A stretch of 43,313 nucleotides of DNA. Origin: Acidimicrobiales bacterium. GTDB taxonomy: Bacteria > Actinomycetota > Acidimicrobiia > Acidimicrobiales > Poriferisodalaceae. This document shows positions 41,035-43,313 of the stretch, one piece after another (within the stretch, counting starts at the first letter, position 1; each line of letters opens with the position of its first letter). The position numbers were made by a program, and so were the translations under genes. The stretch spans positions 1 to 43,313 of the forward strand of contig SGYJ01000001.1 of assembly GCA_004214275.1 (NCBI GenBank), in the 5' to 3' direction. The notes beneath the pieces are model-generated. The model was not told where the DNA came from. It saw nothing but the letters and a program-made list of their open reading frames with translations, and did not search any database.

Positions 41035-42106
41035 GAATTCGACCTTCAACAATTTCCAATGTCTGGCCTGGATCAATCCCGTCCGGAACCGTTCCTGTTG
41101 CGGAGGTTAAAATTATCTGCGAATCAGGAAGGCATTCCACGAGTCTTCTAGCCCGAGTTTCATCCAGTTCAGAAAACACGTCATCTAATAGGACAACTGG
41201 TTGATCTCCTGTTGCCTCTTCAACAAAAACGTAGCTGGCTAGCCGCAACGCCAAAGCCAAACTACGTTGCTCACCTTGTGACGCGTGAAAGCGAGAATGA
41301 AGTGACCCTAAAAGAATGGTCAAATCGTCGCGATGAGGACCCACCAACGTCATTCCTCTTCTAATTTCATCATCCTGCATTCGTGAAAGGGCAGCCGCGA
41401 GTCCCTCGTCTCGCCAGTCAGTCTCAAGTTGCAATAACACTTCAACATTGAGACCTGCTATCCGCTGGTAAAAATCACAAACCACTGGCTGGATGGACGC
41501 TACAAAATCCGATCTGTGCTGTCCCACAACATTCGCGGCCTCTATTAATTGCTCGTCCCAAACAAGCAGGTTGGACCTCAAATCCTCGGAGTTACGTCCT
41601 CGAGCCTGTTTCAGGAGATTATTTCGCTGCCGAAGAATTTGATCAAAGTCTGTTCGCGCTGCCCTGAACTCTGCGCTCCCTATGGCAATGGTTTCATCCA
41701 GCAGAGAGCGTCGGACCGAGGGCGAACCTTTAATGATGTTTAGATCGTCTGGGCTAAAGACGACAATCCGAACCGCGTCTCCCAAGTCTCGGAATCTCTT
41801 TATTTTTTGCCTGTTGACCTGGGCTTTTGAACGTCCCTGTGCTGCTAACTCCACTTCGACAAGCGATGTTCTACCTGCCTGTTCGACTTCGGCCCTCAAG
41901 TATGCAGATGAACTGCCGGCAGCAACTAAAGCGTCAACCTTTGCTCCGCGAAACGACCGGGCGCCACTTAACAAATGGAGACCTTCAATTAGGTTGGTTT
42001 TCCCATGCCCGTTTAGTCCAACAACAAGAGTGACCTTTTCATTAAGTTCAACATCGGTTGCTAAGTGGTTACGGAAGTCTGTAAGCCACAGGCGCTTAAT
42101 GATCAA
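41024..42106 (-). CDS. recF: DNA replication/repair protein RecF
   Basis: FRNH, GLNGHGKTN, GPHRDD, SQGEQR, LLDDVFSELD. Confidence 0.97.
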   Translation of the reverse strand: MIIKRLWLTDFRNHLATDVELNEKVTLVVGLNGHGKTNLIEGLHLLSGARSFRGAKVDALVAAGSSSAYLRAEVEQAGRTSLVEVELAAQGRSKAQVNRQKIKRFRDLGDAVRIVVFSPDDLNIIKGSPSVRRSLLDETIAIGSAEFRAARTDFDQILRQRNNLLKQARGRNSEDLRSNLLVWDEQLIEAANVVGQHRSDFVASIQPVVCDFYQRIAGLNVEVLLQLETDWRDEGLAAALSRMQDDEIRRGMTLVGPHRDDLTILLGSLHSRFHASQGEQRSLALALRLASYVFVEEATGDQPVVLLDDVFSELDETRARRLVECLPDSQIILTSATGTVPDGIDPGQTLEIVEGRIHGH

Positions 42107-42122
42107 TATCTTGTCGGTTTAC

Positions 42123-43229
42123 TCAAGAAACTCGAACTGGCATCAATAAATACAGGAAGTCGCCGCCTTCACTTGAGCGAAGGACAGCTGGTTTTAACGC
42201 ATCAAGTGTTTCGAGCACAACCTCATCGCCTGGGGCCGCTTCTAACCCTTGAATTAGATAGTCAGGATTGAAAGCAACCGTCAGCTCGTCTCCGTTGTAT
42301 TGGGCGTCGACTTCCTCCTGTGCTTGACCCACATCTTGCGTAACCGCCATTAGTTCAACACAATCAGACTTCTGGGTGATTCTTAGTGGCGTTGTGTCTC
42401 GCGCCATCAACTTCACGCGGCGAACCGCTTCTAGTAGTGGTTCTCGACCAATGGTCAACTGGTTCGGATAGCTACTCGGAATTAGCTGTCGGTAATTAGG
42501 GAACTCTCCCTCAATTAGTCGAGTTGTTACTTGAACCTCTCCATCGTCGACTGTCACGTCGAAGCTGACTTCGCGTTCGCCCAACCGAACGGTGACCTCT
42601 TCGGAGTCGCCTAATACTCGCCCCAACTCATCAAGAGCTCTCGAGGGAACCAGCACTTTCTGACCCTCACTCAACACCGTCGCTTCAGGAAGATCTCGCA
42701 CAGCAAGGCGATATGAGTCGGTCGCCACCAAACGAAGCCCGCCGTCTTCAGCCGACATCAGGACACCTGTAAGGATGGGCCTCGCATCATCTCCGCTTGC
42801 AGCCCGGACAACTTGCTTCAACCCGGCAGCCAGGTCCGCTGTCGAAACAGTTACCTCGTCACCTTTTGGGTCGGACAGAGAAGGAAAATCGTCGACGGGA
42901 AGCGTCCGGACAGAAAATTGTGAACGCCCCCCTGAGATTTTTGCTTCCTCCCCGTCAACCTCAACTTCAATTGCCCCAGAGTCAAGGGAACGAATGATGT
43001 CGACGGTTATACGCGACGGTAAGACAGCTTCACCGGATTCGGTGACAGCAACAGGTACTGATGCCCGAACTGTGATCTCTAGGTCACTGCCAGTCATTGT
43101 TAGGACGTCTTTGTGTGCTTTTAAATGGATGCCGGTGAGGACTGGCAGAGCACCTCCTCGACTACTGACAGCTCTGCTTGCAGTGCTTAGTTGTTCGACG
43201 AGTGCGTCGCGTTCACATCGAAATTTCAC
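42123..43229 (-). CDS. dnaN: DNA polymerase III beta clamp
   Basis: MKFRCERD, ATDSYRL, RLIEGEFPNY, AFNPDYL, LLMPVR. Confidence 0.97.
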   Translation of the reverse strand: MKFRCERDALVEQLSTASRAVSSRGGALPVLTGIHLKAHKDVLTMTGSDLEITVRASVPVAVTESGEAVLPSRITVDIIRSLDSGAIEVEVDGEEAKISGGRSQFSVRTLPVDDFPSLSDPKGDEVTVSTADLAAGLKQVVRAASGDDARPILTGVLMSAEDGGLRLVATDSYRLAVRDLPEATVLSEGQKVLVPSRALDELGRVLGDSEEVTVRLGEREVSFDVTVDDGEVQVTTRLIEGEFPNYRQLIPSSYPNQLTIGREPLLEAVRRVKLMARDTTPLRITQKSDCVELMAVTQDVGQAQEEVDAQYNGDELTVAFNPDYLIQGLEAAPGDEVVLETLDALKPAVLRSSEGGDFLYLLMPVRVS

Positions 43230-43237
43230 GTCGCCCT

Positions 43238-43313
43238 TCTTCTTTCTATTTGTTTTCTAAAATTAAATAGTGGTAATAGGTCCTGTGGATTGTGGACAAA
43301 CTCACATAACCCC
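43238..43313. other. dnaN-proximal edge of oriC (DnaA boxes, DnaA-trios, AT-rich unwinding region), partial
   Basis: Minus strand reads TTGTCCACA-ATCCACA-GGACC-TATTACCACTA-TTTAATTTTAGAAAAC. Perfect actinobacterial-type DnaA box at 43291-43299, overlapping second box at 43284-43292, and an AT-rich tract directly upstream of dnaN. Confidence 0.85.

Overview
Chromosomal segment next to the replication origin of an actinobacterium, most likely an Acidimicrobiia-like lineage. The taxon call is an inference from the dnaN-recF-DUF721-gyrB-gyrA-DUF3566-tRNA-Ile...tRNA-Ala synteny, several LLM-family oxidoreductases and apparently leaderless genes. The right end (35.2-43.3 kb) is the core origin block on the minus strand and ends in the dnaN-proximal edge of oriC, with DnaA boxes, DnaA-trios and an AT-rich stretch. 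The middle (25.6-35.2 kb) is mixed: SF2 helicase, hemolysin-III protein, GH51 arabinofuranosidase, tRNA-Ala, LLM oxidoreductase, Ser/Thr dehydratase, CgeB-like glycosyltransferase, lgt, a Rossmann oxidoreductase and two small ORFs missed by the ORF track. The left end (1-5.2 kb) has a serine hydrolase and an aryl-/alkyl-sulfatase pair. The most interesting part is a ~20 kb purine-catabolism locus (5258-25574). It encodes an 8-oxoguanine-deaminase-like enzyme, two fold-type-II PLP enzymes, an alpha/beta hydrolase, two different xanthine-dehydrogenase-family molybdoenzymes (one of the FeS-Moco fused, selenium-dependent type), an SsnA-like amidohydrolase, tandem D- and L-type N-carbamoylases, a Mer-like (probably F420-dependent) reductase and a BMP-family ABC importer. 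I propose, as inference, that this is a rewired version of the reductive urate (2,8-dioxopurine) pathway in which YgfK, YgeW and YgeX are replaced by other enzymes. No CRISPR array, IS element, integrase or prophage was seen.
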